From IMG/VR virus record IMGVR_UViG_3300048587_000983: a stretch of 64,000 nucleotides of DNA; one strand, given 5' to 3'. The notes beneath the pieces are model-generated. The model was not told the origin of the DNA, searched no databases, and saw only the letters and a list, made by a program, of their open reading frames with translations. The position numbers and the translations under genes were made by a program. Source of the stretch: a virus. Positions 35,485 to 44,064 of this stretch are shown one piece after another (within the stretch, counting starts at the first letter, position 1; the number at the start of each line of letters is the position of its first letter).

Positions 35485-35671
35485 TTTCAGGTCCTCCGAA
35501 AAGTCAGAGGCCGTATCGGGCGGACGGAAATCCCGCTAAAGCTTTAATTTTTGCCTGGAACTTTTCATATAACCACGGCGTAGCGTGCGATTACCCAAGG
35601 GGAAATTGGGTGGCGGTAAAGTTCGTTTAAGCAAAATCACGCGAAAGCCTTAAAATTACCCAAAGGAAAGA

Positions 35672-36154
35672 TTAGCGAAGTTGCCGAGGCCTGGGCTCGA
35701 TCGCCTGGGCACCCGGGCGTTCGTCCATCTGCTTTTGGACTTTGGCCGAAAGGCCCTTGGTCTCCGAGATACTGATGTTGAGAATCTGAATAATGTCCCT
35801 CAGAAGCTGCTCGATGACGGCGAGCTCTTTGCTGTTCTGCCGGACGCCTTCGGCGAGCGTTTCGATGCGGCAGGCCTGCTCGATAAGCTCGGACTTTACC
35901 CGGCCTTCAGCCTCCAGGATGATTGTGGTTTGAGCTGAAAGCCTTGACGTCAGAAGATCCTCGATCTTTGGCAAAAGCTCACGGACGGCAAAAACCGCCT
36001 CAGGAACCTCCTGTCGAGGCTCATCCTCCACGGGTTTTCGTCTTGTTCCGGCTCGCGCAAACCCTAGGATAAGAGCCGAGACGGCCAGCAGAATGGCAAG
36101 CCCCACAAAGGCTGCGACGAGAAGCATTCGGGGTTGGTAGAGTGCAGGATCCAT
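35672..36154 (-). CDS. membrane-anchored coiled-coil protein (160 aa)
   Basis: N-terminal TM (LLVAAFVGLAILLAVSALILG) then heptads; no clear SD. Confidence 0.55.
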   Translation of the reverse strand: MDPALYQPRMLLVAAFVGLAILLAVSALILGFARAGTRRKPVEDEPRQEVPEAVFAVRELLPKIEDLLTSRLSAQTTIILEAEGRVKSELIEQACRIETLAEGVRQNSKELAVIEQLLRDIIQILNISISETKGLSAKVQKQMDERPGAQAIEPRPRQLR

Positions 36155-36163
36155 AGGGCGCCC

Positions 36164-36198
36164 AATAAAAAGGGCTACAGCGCCCAGGCACCGTAGCC
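36164..36198 (-). terminator. Rho-independent terminator
   Basis: 11-bp stem GGCTACGGTGC/GCGCTGTAGCC, 4-nt loop, then CTTTTTATT on the minus strand. Confidence 0.65.
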
Positions 36199-36249
36199 TC
36201 GTCCAGAATTTTTACTCTACATGGCGAAGTAGATGACTCTTCGCCCAGT

Positions 36250-36537
36250 TTAGTTGATTTTCGGCTGCTCCGCATCCTCAGATCGACGCTGAGCCTGGAG
36301 CCTTTGCTGCCGGTTGGCCTCTGCAATAAGAGCCCGCTCCGGGGAGAATTTGACGAGATAGCGATCCATAGGAAACTCGTAGCGGGTCTGATCTGCGAGA
36401 GTGAGAAAGCGGAAGGGGATGTAGTTCGCCTGCTCGTCCTGCACAATCCCGTCGCTAATCACGCCCGAGTACGTGCGCACGCTTTGGGCGTTACTGATGT
36501 CGGTCAGCTCGATCGAATAGGATTCTGGCAATGCCAT
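36250..36537 (-). CDS. hypothetical protein (95 aa)
   Basis: GGAG SD; no motif recognised. Confidence 0.65.
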   Translation of the reverse strand: MALPESYSIELTDISNAQSVRTYSGVISDGIVQDEQANYIPFRFLTLADQTRYEFPMDRYLVKFSPERALIAEANRQQRLQAQRRSEDAEQPKIN

Positions 36538-36598
36538 GGGGGAACTCCAATCTCGTTTGTTTTTCCCACTTTGCCTTCATAAACCCCATGGATCAAGG

Positions 36599-36631
36599 AA
36601 AAACGCCCAGGGGATGTGCGGTCCCAGGGCG
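36599..36631 (-). terminator. probable terminator after the oxygenase pair
   Basis: CGCCCTGGGA...TCCCCTGGGCG imperfect stem followed by TTTTT. Confidence 0.5.
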
Positions 36632-36663
36632 CCATGGAATCCTATTACTTTCCCTCGATTTAG

Positions 36664-37176
36664 TCAGTCTATTGTACCTTCAAAACCCACCGGCACAAAA
36701 TGGAAAAAGGCGAGGTTGCAGAAGTTGCCAAGGTCAATCACATCCCGATAGTGTGGGTGGTCTGTCCCGCTGTACGCGAGAGCCTCGTTCGGCTGCAGAA
36801 TGTAAGGTTCGTCGTTGACGTAAATGGGCCAGGGGTCGCGCTGGCTCACGCAGAGGTCGATCGTATATTTGCACTGCGGGCGATCCGTGTGAAGAGGGCA
36901 GATGCCGCCCTCGCCGTACATGGAAAGAAACACATAGCTCGGCTTCACAGGCTCCGGAAAGATCGTCTCCGCAATACGCGCGAGATGCGGAGAATGATGG
37001 AGTCGGCGAAGAAGAGGCAGGTTATGCCAATACCAGCGATTGAACTTGCTGTGCATCTCTGCGTCTTTATCGTGGTACGGCGTACCCTCAAAAGCACGCC
37101 GGACCTCGCGTATGTGCACGGCCAGATCGCTAAAGACAGCTTCCGGAAAAAGTTCTTTTACAACGGTCGGTCTCAT
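36664..37176 (-). CDS. 2OG-Fe(II) oxygenase
   Basis: H-x-D (LHTD) and a distal His (HPHYR); ATG 37176 overlaps the upstream stop. Confidence 0.78.
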   Translation of the reverse strand: MRPTVVKELFPEAVFSDLAVHIREVRRAFEGTPYHDKDAEMHSKFNRWYWHNLPLLRRLHHSPHLARIAETIFPEPVKPSYVFLSMYGEGGICPLHTDRPQCKYTIDLCVSQRDPWPIYVNDEPYILQPNEALAYSGTDHPHYRDVIDLGNFCNLAFFHFVPVGFEGTID

Positions 37177-37748
37177 CTGAATGGCTCCCCCGAAACCCAT
37201 GCGACAAGAGATTTGCGAACACCCTTCGTCACGGGTTTTACACCATGGATTTCAAAACTTGGAAAAACGACGACAGTGCCCTGCTTGAATCTATGTTCGC
37301 CGCCGGCAAAGAACACAAGCTCGCCACCCTCGTAAGTTTCAGGGTCAGTGAGCATAAGGACCATGCTGAGCTTTCGCTGAGCCATCTGGTTTTTACCGAA
37401 GTCTGAGTGAAGGCGGTAGTGGGAACCCGAGTCGTCGTAAATTGTATACTGGAGCTTTTCCATGAAGCCGGTAAGCTGGAAACGATATCGGGCTTCGTTG
37501 GCGCCGCGTACGATGTAGCCAAGCTTATCGAAAAGCCAGGCTGTCTGCTCTTCAAAGCCGATCCACGAGTTCTTGGACTTGCGAGTTTCTTCGTAGATGC
37601 CGCCATCTCCCACCCTACTCTCAAGGGTTTCCAGGTGATCGCCGAGAGCAATGATTCGCTCGCATTCCTCTTTTGTAAAAGCGTCTTCAAAGAAGCAGTA
37701 GTGCTCAAAATCGGGCCGAGGCTCGTTGTGGAAGATATAAAACGTCAT
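37173..37748 (-). CDS. 2OG-Fe(II) oxygenase, prolyl-4-hydroxylase/PKHD type
   Basis: YRLHSD, RKLSMVLML, YEGGEL, FPSFEIHGVKPVTKGVRKSLVAW (HxD...H...R). Confidence 0.9.
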   Translation of the reverse strand: MTFYIFHNEPRPDFEHYCFFEDAFTKEECERIIALGDHLETLESRVGDGGIYEETRKSKNSWIGFEEQTAWLFDKLGYIVRGANEARYRFQLTGFMEKLQYTIYDDSGSHYRLHSDFGKNQMAQRKLSMVLMLTDPETYEGGELVFFAGGEHRFKQGTVVVFPSFEIHGVKPVTKGVRKSLVAWVSGEPFR

Positions 37749-37788
37749 AAAGCCTTCTGCGGCAGCGGAGCCTTGCTGCCCCGCTGCT

Positions 37789-37800
37789 CGTTTAACTTTT
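37789..37800 (-). promoter_or_regulatory. candidate phage promoter element AAAAGTTAAACG
   Basis: Exact match to the 12-mer upstream of RNAP, in the same orientation. Confidence 0.35.
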
Positions 37801-37813
37801 GAGATATCTCTGA

Positions 37814-38071
37814 CTATGCGATTTTAGAGACATCAAAGTCAAGGCGTTGTCGCGTGGTATTGTCGGAGAAGCAGTATTCGATATAACCCTTGGTGGGCGT
37901 CAAATCGAACTCCGGATTGTGGACTTCAAACTTCGGCGCGTTGATACCGCCTGGCCACTCGGCGGGGTTGATCGTGTCCTTGAGCCAGCCGCCTGAACGC
38001 AGAACGATGAGCTTTGAAGCCTGCTCACTCGTAAGGGAAAGCTCTTTTGCAACAATGTCCTTGACCTTCAT
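37814..38071 (-). CDS. small hypothetical protein (paralog of 38090..38404)
   Basis: K.IVAK.L...L..LR.GGW is shared with the neighbour; AGGAGG SD. Confidence 0.7.
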   Translation of the reverse strand: MKVKDIVAKELSLTSEQASKLIVLRSGGWLKDTINPAEWPGGINAPKFEVHNPEFDLTPTKGYIEYCFSDNTTRQRLDFDVSKIA

Positions 38072-38089
38072 TTCTGCCTCCTTTCGATA

Positions 38090-38404
38090 TTAAAGATCAA
38101 ATTCGCCCGGCTCGCCCGCGGCAATCATCGCTTCGATATCGGACTGGTCGATCTCAATGTTTAAATCCCGCCCTACCGTATTTCCGGCTTTAATGGCGAC
38201 GGTCGCCATGAACCTACTCGACTCCTGTGGGAACGCCGCGTCATAGGTCGCGTAATCAGGTGTGTTTTGAATTCCGTTTTGGAACGCAGGTGAATCCACG
38301 TTCGTAACCCAACCGCCAAGCCGCAGAAGGACAAGGCTCGATGCAGGCATACCAAGGACCTTCGCCACGATCTTTTTCGCCGAGAAGCCTGACAAATCCA
38401 TCAT
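38090..38404 (-). CDS. small hypothetical protein (paralog of 37814..38071)
   Basis: KKIVAKVLGMPASSLVLLRLGGW. Confidence 0.7.
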   Translation of the reverse strand: MMDLSGFSAKKIVAKVLGMPASSLVLLRLGGWVTNVDSPAFQNGIQNTPDYATYDAAFPQESSRFMATVAIKAGNTVGRDLNIEIDQSDIEAMIAAGEPGEFDL

Positions 38405-38452
38405 AAAGACCCCTTATGCTTACTAACGTTTTAGAAACCCGTATCGAATGCA

Positions 38453-40954
38453 TTAAAGCGACTGCTTATAGCCTGCAGGGGCTGTGGAGGGCAGGAGTCC
38501 TGCACCGTCCGCGGAGGCACTCGCATAGACACCGCTCTGGGTCAGGAAGACGACTTTGAATCGTCCAAAAGCTCCCTGACCGCTGACGCCACCCGCGTCC
38601 CCGCTCGACCCACCAACCCCTATATTAACAGACGGAACACTGGTGCCGCCCGGTCCAGAGGCCCCACCGGCTCCACCAGAACCCGCGCTTCCTCCTCCAC
38701 CTCCTGGACCACCGGCTCCACCAGCACCTCCTGCCCCGCCGCCACCGCCACCGCCGCCTGAGAACAGGCCGGGAAGGCCTAAAGGAAATGCAGGTTTTCT
38801 AAAGTTGGCTCCACTGGCCCCGCTGCCCGCTGCTCCGCCGCTTCCGCCACCACCTCCACCGCTAGCACCGACCGAACCCGTCGGGTGAATCGCAGCCCCT
38901 CCTGCGGCACCTAAGCCTCCTACCAACCCGCTGCCAGGGTCTCCTGGGTTCCCAGGTAAGCCTGGTGGGGCGGGCTGCGGGCCCGCACCTCCACCTGCAC
39001 CGGCTCCACCAGGGCTTCCTCCTGAGCCTCCCGTCGCCACTATGGGCCCCGGAGCAACAGCGATGTTGTCCACCCGTGATTGACCAGACCCACCACCGCC
39101 ACCGCCGAATCCGGTCCCCCCTGCCGATCCTGTCGCACCCGTTGCGCCGGCTACGCCGTTCCAACCGTTACCGTTGACAGGAGCTGGTGTTGGAGCCGGG
39201 ACATACGGCGGCCTTGGCGAAGGTGTAACAGTGCCTCCGGGCGAACCCGCAGCCCCTGGCGTTGGAGTCAGGGCAGCTGGAACGGCAGAGGCCTCACCGT
39301 TTAAAGTGCCGAGTGTCTGACAATAGATGACAACCTGACCCGACGCACCGCTGCCTCCGGAGGCGCCGGGTGAACCCGAACCGCCTGTCCCTCCTGTCCC
39401 GCCGCTTCCGCCCGTTCCCCCATAACCACCTGTCCCGCCTCTTCCGCCAGCCCCGCCGTATGCACCGGACCCACCGCCGCCACCGCCTCCGGCGCCTGTC
39501 CTTGCCGAGTTTGTCGGAGGCGATCTCTGAGGACCGGCAATCCCTCCTGGAAGCCCCGGAGATCCGGCAGATGGAGGTCCGGCGCCCGGCGAGCCGGTAC
39601 TGCCGACCGCAGCCACAGGAGCTATAGAACCCGCCGTGCCGGGCGTCCCTGAGCCACCAGCGACGTAATTTGTTCCGCTCTGACCTAAGGTCCGACACGC
39701 CAGATTTGAGATTGTCTTTGCCTTGATAAGAAGGATGCCGCCACCGGCTCCACCGTTCCCGAAGGCTCCTGCAGAGCCCCCTGGTCCACCTGCTCCTCCA
39801 GAGGCCCCGGCAGGACCGGGAGAGCCTGCACCACCTGCCCCACCCCCTCCGCCGGAACTTCCGCCCCCTCCGTTACCGCCAGCTCCTCCGTACACGAGAG
39901 GCGCGGGCACCGGGTAGCCGATTCCGCCCGCACCCCCTGAAGCCCCGGAGCCAGGGCTACCGGGCGCAACGTTGCCAAAGCTACCAGGAGGCACAGGAAC
40001 ATAAGTGGGCTCCGTCGTTTCGACACCAGACCCACCTCCACCACCCCCGCCTCCACTGCCGCCGGTGCTGCCGGTGTTCCCTGTTCCACCGGTACCTCCA
40101 GGAGTCCCGGGTAAGCCACCGACTCCTGGCGACCCCGTAGCACCGACAATCCCATTACTACCAGCTGACCCGCCGCCTCCCATCAGTATTTTATCGAGAG
40201 AGCTGTTGCCCGTGGCTGCCCCGGCTGTTCCGGAAACTCCACCGCTCGACCCGCCAGCCCCGCTTCCTATTGCTGCGGTTTGAACAGTGTTTCGGCCTCC
40301 TGCACTTCCTTCGCCAGTCCCGGAGGCAACCGTCGCTCCTCGATAACCTTTCGCATCCGCATGCACGACCCCAGTGCCTGCGCAGTTAATCGAGGTCGCA
40401 AAGAAAGCGACAACCCCACCGAGCGAGCCGTTCCAGGCTGAGCAGGTGAGCGCCGTTCCGTTGGGAACGGAGAGCGCTTTGTACTCCGGCATACGCATCA
40501 AAATTACTTTCTGCGAGCCGATGCTGGAGTTGTCTATGTCGCCGTAAAGCTTGGTGAGTGCGGTTTTTAGTGTGACATCGCTGACACCAACTGACTCAAT
40601 GACGACGTATTCAAAATTCCCGACGTTGCCGTTATTAGCTGCTGTTCCCTGCAAATTGATAAGGAGACAGCAATCACCGGGCTTATAGTCGGAGATCGTT
40701 CCTGGAGCGAGAAAGCCCGAGAGCGAGAGGGTCTGACCGCTGATCGCAGTGATGTTTGAGACAACGGCGTCGACATTCCTCGAGTAGGGCGTGTTCGACC
40801 CGAGGCGCTCGGTGTTTATATCCTTTGTGCCGCTGACCGTGACATCGCCGTCGACTTCACGTCCAAAAGCAGGAAATGGGATTCCTGTTTGAACCGCAAA
40901 TCCTGGATCCTCTTGCGAGAACGAAGGCGCGGCAGTTGCTTTGATTGATGGCAT
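38453..40954 (-). CDS. glycine-rich adhesin/fibre with G-G-X and G-X-Y repeats (833 aa)
   Basis: N-terminal globular domain (DCCLLINLQG...WNGSLGGVVAFFA), then long polyglycine/collagen-like tracts with Pro-rich loops. Confidence 0.8.
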   Translation of the reverse strand: MPSIKATAAPSFSQEDPGFAVQTGIPFPAFGREVDGDVTVSGTKDINTERLGSNTPYSRNVDAVVSNITAISGQTLSLSGFLAPGTISDYKPGDCCLLINLQGTAANNGNVGNFEYVVIESVGVSDVTLKTALTKLYGDIDNSSIGSQKVILMRMPEYKALSVPNGTALTCSAWNGSLGGVVAFFATSINCAGTGVVHADAKGYRGATVASGTGEGSAGGRNTVQTAAIGSGAGGSSGGVSGTAGAATGNSSLDKILMGGGGSAGSNGIVGATGSPGVGGLPGTPGGTGGTGNTGSTGGSGGGGGGGGSGVETTEPTYVPVPPGSFGNVAPGSPGSGASGGAGGIGYPVPAPLVYGGAGGNGGGGSSGGGGGAGGAGSPGPAGASGGAGGPGGSAGAFGNGGAGGGILLIKAKTISNLACRTLGQSGTNYVAGGSGTPGTAGSIAPVAAVGSTGSPGAGPPSAGSPGLPGGIAGPQRSPPTNSARTGAGGGGGGGSGAYGGAGGRGGTGGYGGTGGSGGTGGTGGSGSPGASGGSGASGQVVIYCQTLGTLNGEASAVPAALTPTPGAAGSPGGTVTPSPRPPYVPAPTPAPVNGNGWNGVAGATGATGSAGGTGFGGGGGGSGQSRVDNIAVAPGPIVATGGSGGSPGGAGAGGGAGPQPAPPGLPGNPGDPGSGLVGGLGAAGGAAIHPTGSVGASGGGGGGSGGAAGSGASGANFRKPAFPLGLPGLFSGGGGGGGGAGGAGGAGGPGGGGGSAGSGGAGGASGPGGTSVPSVNIGVGGSSGDAGGVSGQGAFGRFKVVFLTQSGVYASASADGAGLLPSTAPAGYKQSL

Positions 40955-40965
40955 ATCACCGCTCC

Positions 40966-43509
40966 TTACAGAGAATTTTTGTAACCGACAGGGTTTGTGT
41001 CAGGGTAGAGTCCAGCTCCGTCCGCCGTCGCTGATGAAAAGGTGCCAGCTTTGGTCAGGTAGACCACACGGATTCTTGCAGCGGCACCTGCACTGGCCGG
41101 ATCACCCGAAGACGCACTGCCACCGCCTGCACCGCGAACCGCCGCCGACCCGCCTGGCCCGGGTGAACCTGGTGTGCCTGCGGCTCCGCCAGCGCCGGCC
41201 GAGCCTCCGGAGCCGCCTGGCCCACCTGCACCGGGAGCACCAGCAAGGCCTCCAGCCCCTCCCCCTCCACCACCGGCAAGGACCACGAAAAGGAACGGAC
41301 CGCTAGGATCGTAAGAAGAAGGACCGCCAACACCTCCTCCGGCGGCTGTAGGTGAGGCCGCACCTCCCCCAGTCGGCGAGTAAAATTGGGGGTTTATCTG
41401 TCCAGGGGGACTTACGCCCGCATAGTTGCCGCCGGATCCCCCGGGCGAGCCCGGTGAACCAGGTTGAGGGGTGTAGGGCGGGGACGAAGGCGGTGCCATA
41501 GTGGCTCCAGCCCCTCCTCCCCCTGCAGCACCGGTGGGCGCTCCAGAGCCTCCGCCGCCTGGCGGGTACGGCACGTCGTAGTCGCTATTTACCCAAATGC
41601 CGTGCTTTGTCCAGCCTCCGCCCCCTCCTCCACCACGAAAACCAGATGACCCTGCTGAACCGGCAGCGCCCGCCGCACCTGCTGCGCCCGGCCATCCGGC
41701 GCCGTTTATTGGCGAAGGCTGGGGAGCCGGTATATAGGGCGGCCTTGGGGACGGGGAAAGGGCTGGCGTCGGTGCGCCCGCAGAGCCGCTGGAAGGCGCG
41801 GGCGAGGCTGCAGTCGCTACGCCGTTAAAAGTGATGGTTGTTGCTATCGTTCTGCAAAAAATGATCGCCTGACCGGCGGCACCCGAGCCCCCGCTGGACC
41901 CCTGACCGCCACCACCGCCGTCTCCCCCTCGACCGCCTTTCCCTCCCTGCCCGCCGCGCCCCCCAGCTCCGCCTCCGCCACCAGACCCACCTCCGCCACC
42001 AGACCCACCTCCGCCTCCGCCTCCAGGCACCCCCACATAGCTTATGGTGAAAGAAAAGGGGTTGAAGCCTGACCAGACAGGCTGAGGTCCGCTGCCGCCA
42101 GAAAGCCCCGGAGAGCCCAGACCTGCAGGTGGCGCAACAACCCCAGCAGCTCCTGCGTTTCCATCCAATCCAGCCGAAGAGTCGTTAGCGCTTGTTCCTG
42201 CGACTCCCAAGCTGCCGGCAGTGCCTACAGCACCTAATGTCTGACCAGAGAGATCTGAAACCGTTTCGATGTGCAGGAGAACGATCCCGCCGCCGGCCCC
42301 ACCAGCCCCGAAGGGTCCTCCAGCCCCACCGAGTCCGCCGCTACTTCCAGCCCCACCAGCCCCACCAGGCCCGCCGGCCCCACCAGCCCCACCGGCGCCG
42401 CTGGTTCCTCCAGTGCCGCCATTGCCTCCAGCCCCCCCAGCAGACGTTCGGCCGAAGCCTTGAGGGACAGCCGGTCCTCCAGCCCCACCGGGTTGATTCC
42501 CAGAAGGTCTTGTGGTTCCTGGGTTACCCGGAATCAGCGTGGTTTGATTTAAAGGCTGGACTAGGTCGAACAGGCCGCCTGAAGCTCCACCACCGCCACC
42601 ACCTCCGGCACCTCCAGCTGAACCAGGGTTTCCGTTGCCGCCCGTGCCGCCGATACCCCCAGAAAGACCCGTGCTTCCGGGCGTCCCCGTGGTACCAGAC
42701 ACACCGTCGACGCCGCTGCTTCCGCCGCCACCCAGGAAAATTTTTGATACGTCGGTGGAGCCTGTGGCAGCGCCCGCGGTACCAGGTGCGGCTAGCGTGC
42801 TCCCTCCAGCGCCGGCCCCGATATTTGCCGTTTGCACTGTGTTGCGGCCACCTTGCTCCCCCTCACCCGTACCCCCTGCGACTGAAGCTCCGCGGAAACC
42901 CTTTCCATCTGCGCTCACGACGCCTCCGCCTGAGCAGTCGATCGATTTGGCGAAGAAAGCCACAACCCCACCGAGCGTCCCATTGAATGCCGAGCAAGTG
43001 AGGTTTGATGCCGCAGGCATGGTGAGATCTTCAAACTCCGGCATCCGCATGAGCATGACTTTTTGTGAGCCGATGCTGTCATTATTAGTATCGCCGTAAA
43101 GCTTTTGTACCGGGGTTTTCAGCTTGATCGTGCCTGGTGCAATTACCTCATCGATGACCACATATTCAAAGTTCCCGACATTGGAATTATTTGAGACAGT
43201 GCCCTGGAGGTTTATTAAAAGGCAGCAATCTCCCGCCTTGAAATCAGTGATGACAGCGGGTGCGAGGATGCCTGTAATTGAGATCTGGAGCCAGGATATA
43301 GCTGTGACAGTCGCTGCGGGAGCGTCGACCGTTCGCGTATAGATGGCATTACTGCCGCTGCGCGTTGTATTGATGTCCTGCGTCCCGGACCAGGTTACAT
43401 CTCCGTCCACGCCCCTTCCGAACGTCGGAAACGGAACAGCACTTTGAACACCAAAAGCAGCACGGTTTTGCGTGAAGGATGCGGGATCAGTGGCTTTAAT
43501 CGACGGCAT
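40966..43509 (-). CDS. glycine-rich adhesin/fibre (847 aa), paralog of 38453..40954
   Basis: Same MPSIKAT start, same N-terminal domain and same ADGAGL.P...P.GYK.SL end. Confidence 0.8.
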   Translation of the reverse strand: MPSIKATDPASFTQNRAAFGVQSAVPFPTFGRGVDGDVTWSGTQDINTTRSGSNAIYTRTVDAPAATVTAISWLQISITGILAPAVITDFKAGDCCLLINLQGTVSNNSNVGNFEYVVIDEVIAPGTIKLKTPVQKLYGDTNNDSIGSQKVMLMRMPEFEDLTMPAASNLTCSAFNGTLGGVVAFFAKSIDCSGGGVVSADGKGFRGASVAGGTGEGEQGGRNTVQTANIGAGAGGSTLAAPGTAGAATGSTDVSKIFLGGGGSSGVDGVSGTTGTPGSTGLSGGIGGTGGNGNPGSAGGAGGGGGGGASGGLFDLVQPLNQTTLIPGNPGTTRPSGNQPGGAGGPAVPQGFGRTSAGGAGGNGGTGGTSGAGGAGGAGGPGGAGGAGSSGGLGGAGGPFGAGGAGGGIVLLHIETVSDLSGQTLGAVGTAGSLGVAGTSANDSSAGLDGNAGAAGVVAPPAGLGSPGLSGGSGPQPVWSGFNPFSFTISYVGVPGGGGGGGSGGGGGSGGGGGAGGRGGQGGKGGRGGDGGGGGQGSSGGSGAAGQAIIFCRTIATTITFNGVATAASPAPSSGSAGAPTPALSPSPRPPYIPAPQPSPINGAGWPGAAGAAGAAGSAGSSGFRGGGGGGGWTKHGIWVNSDYDVPYPPGGGGSGAPTGAAGGGGAGATMAPPSSPPYTPQPGSPGSPGGSGGNYAGVSPPGQINPQFYSPTGGGAASPTAAGGGVGGPSSYDPSGPFLFVVLAGGGGGGAGGLAGAPGAGGPGGSGGSAGAGGAAGTPGSPGPGGSAAVRGAGGGSASSGDPASAGAAARIRVVYLTKAGTFSSATADGAGLYPDTNPVGYKNSL

Positions 43510-43518
43510 GAAGCGGCC

Positions 43519-44037
43519 TCACTCAAAGTATGAATCCTGATCGAGGTTGTCCGTGCCGCCCGCGTAATCAATACCAGCAGCAGGACCTACGCCCACAACG
43601 CCTGTGAAAGTTGTCTGCAGAATTCTATTATAGCTACCGGTTACGTAGACACAAGTCACCGGGTCGTCGTTATCGACCTGGAAAAAGCAGTCCTTTATGA
43701 TCGCCCTTGTCTCGGGCATCTCAACAAGGTTTCCGCTGGTTTTCCCCGAGATCACGGTGAGATCGCGTAGCTCTGACTTTGCAGCAAGGCTGAGACTTCC
43801 GCCCACACCGATGGTGAGTTTTTGGGCCCCATACTTCCCAAGCAGAAGGACTCCGGCAGGCACGACCAGTGCTGCGGTGATGGTGATATCATCCTGAAGA
43901 CAGATGATCCCACCCGCCCCGTCGAGCGATGTGAGCGAGTTGGCAAGCTCGGTTGCCGTGGAGACGAGGACTGTTGGGTAGCCGTCTGAGATGCCTCCGC
44001 CGGCGCCTGATGTAACGATGGAATTTGGTGTGGGCAC
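43519..44037 (-). CDS. short right-handed beta-helix protein
   Basis: GGIICLQDDITI...LLLG... followed by repeating beta-coil pattern (LRDLTV, IIKDCFF, RILQTTF). Confidence 0.62.
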   Translation of the reverse strand: MPTPNSIVTSGAGGGISDGYPTVLVSTATELANSLTSLDGAGGIICLQDDITITAALVVPAGVLLLGKYGAQKLTIGVGGSLSLAAKSELRDLTVISGKTSGNLVEMPETRAIIKDCFFQVDNDDPVTCVYVTGSYNRILQTTFTGVVGVGPAAGIDYAGGTDNLDQDSYFE

Positions 44038-44064
44038 GGATCACCTCTCGAAAGTTTCAATTTT

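Noticed and set aside
35590-35665. Two TTACCCAA copies upstream of the holin, resembling TTACCCA at 4614 and 4674
   Set aside because: Only a 7-8 nt match in AT-rich spacers, too weak to call a second iteron site.
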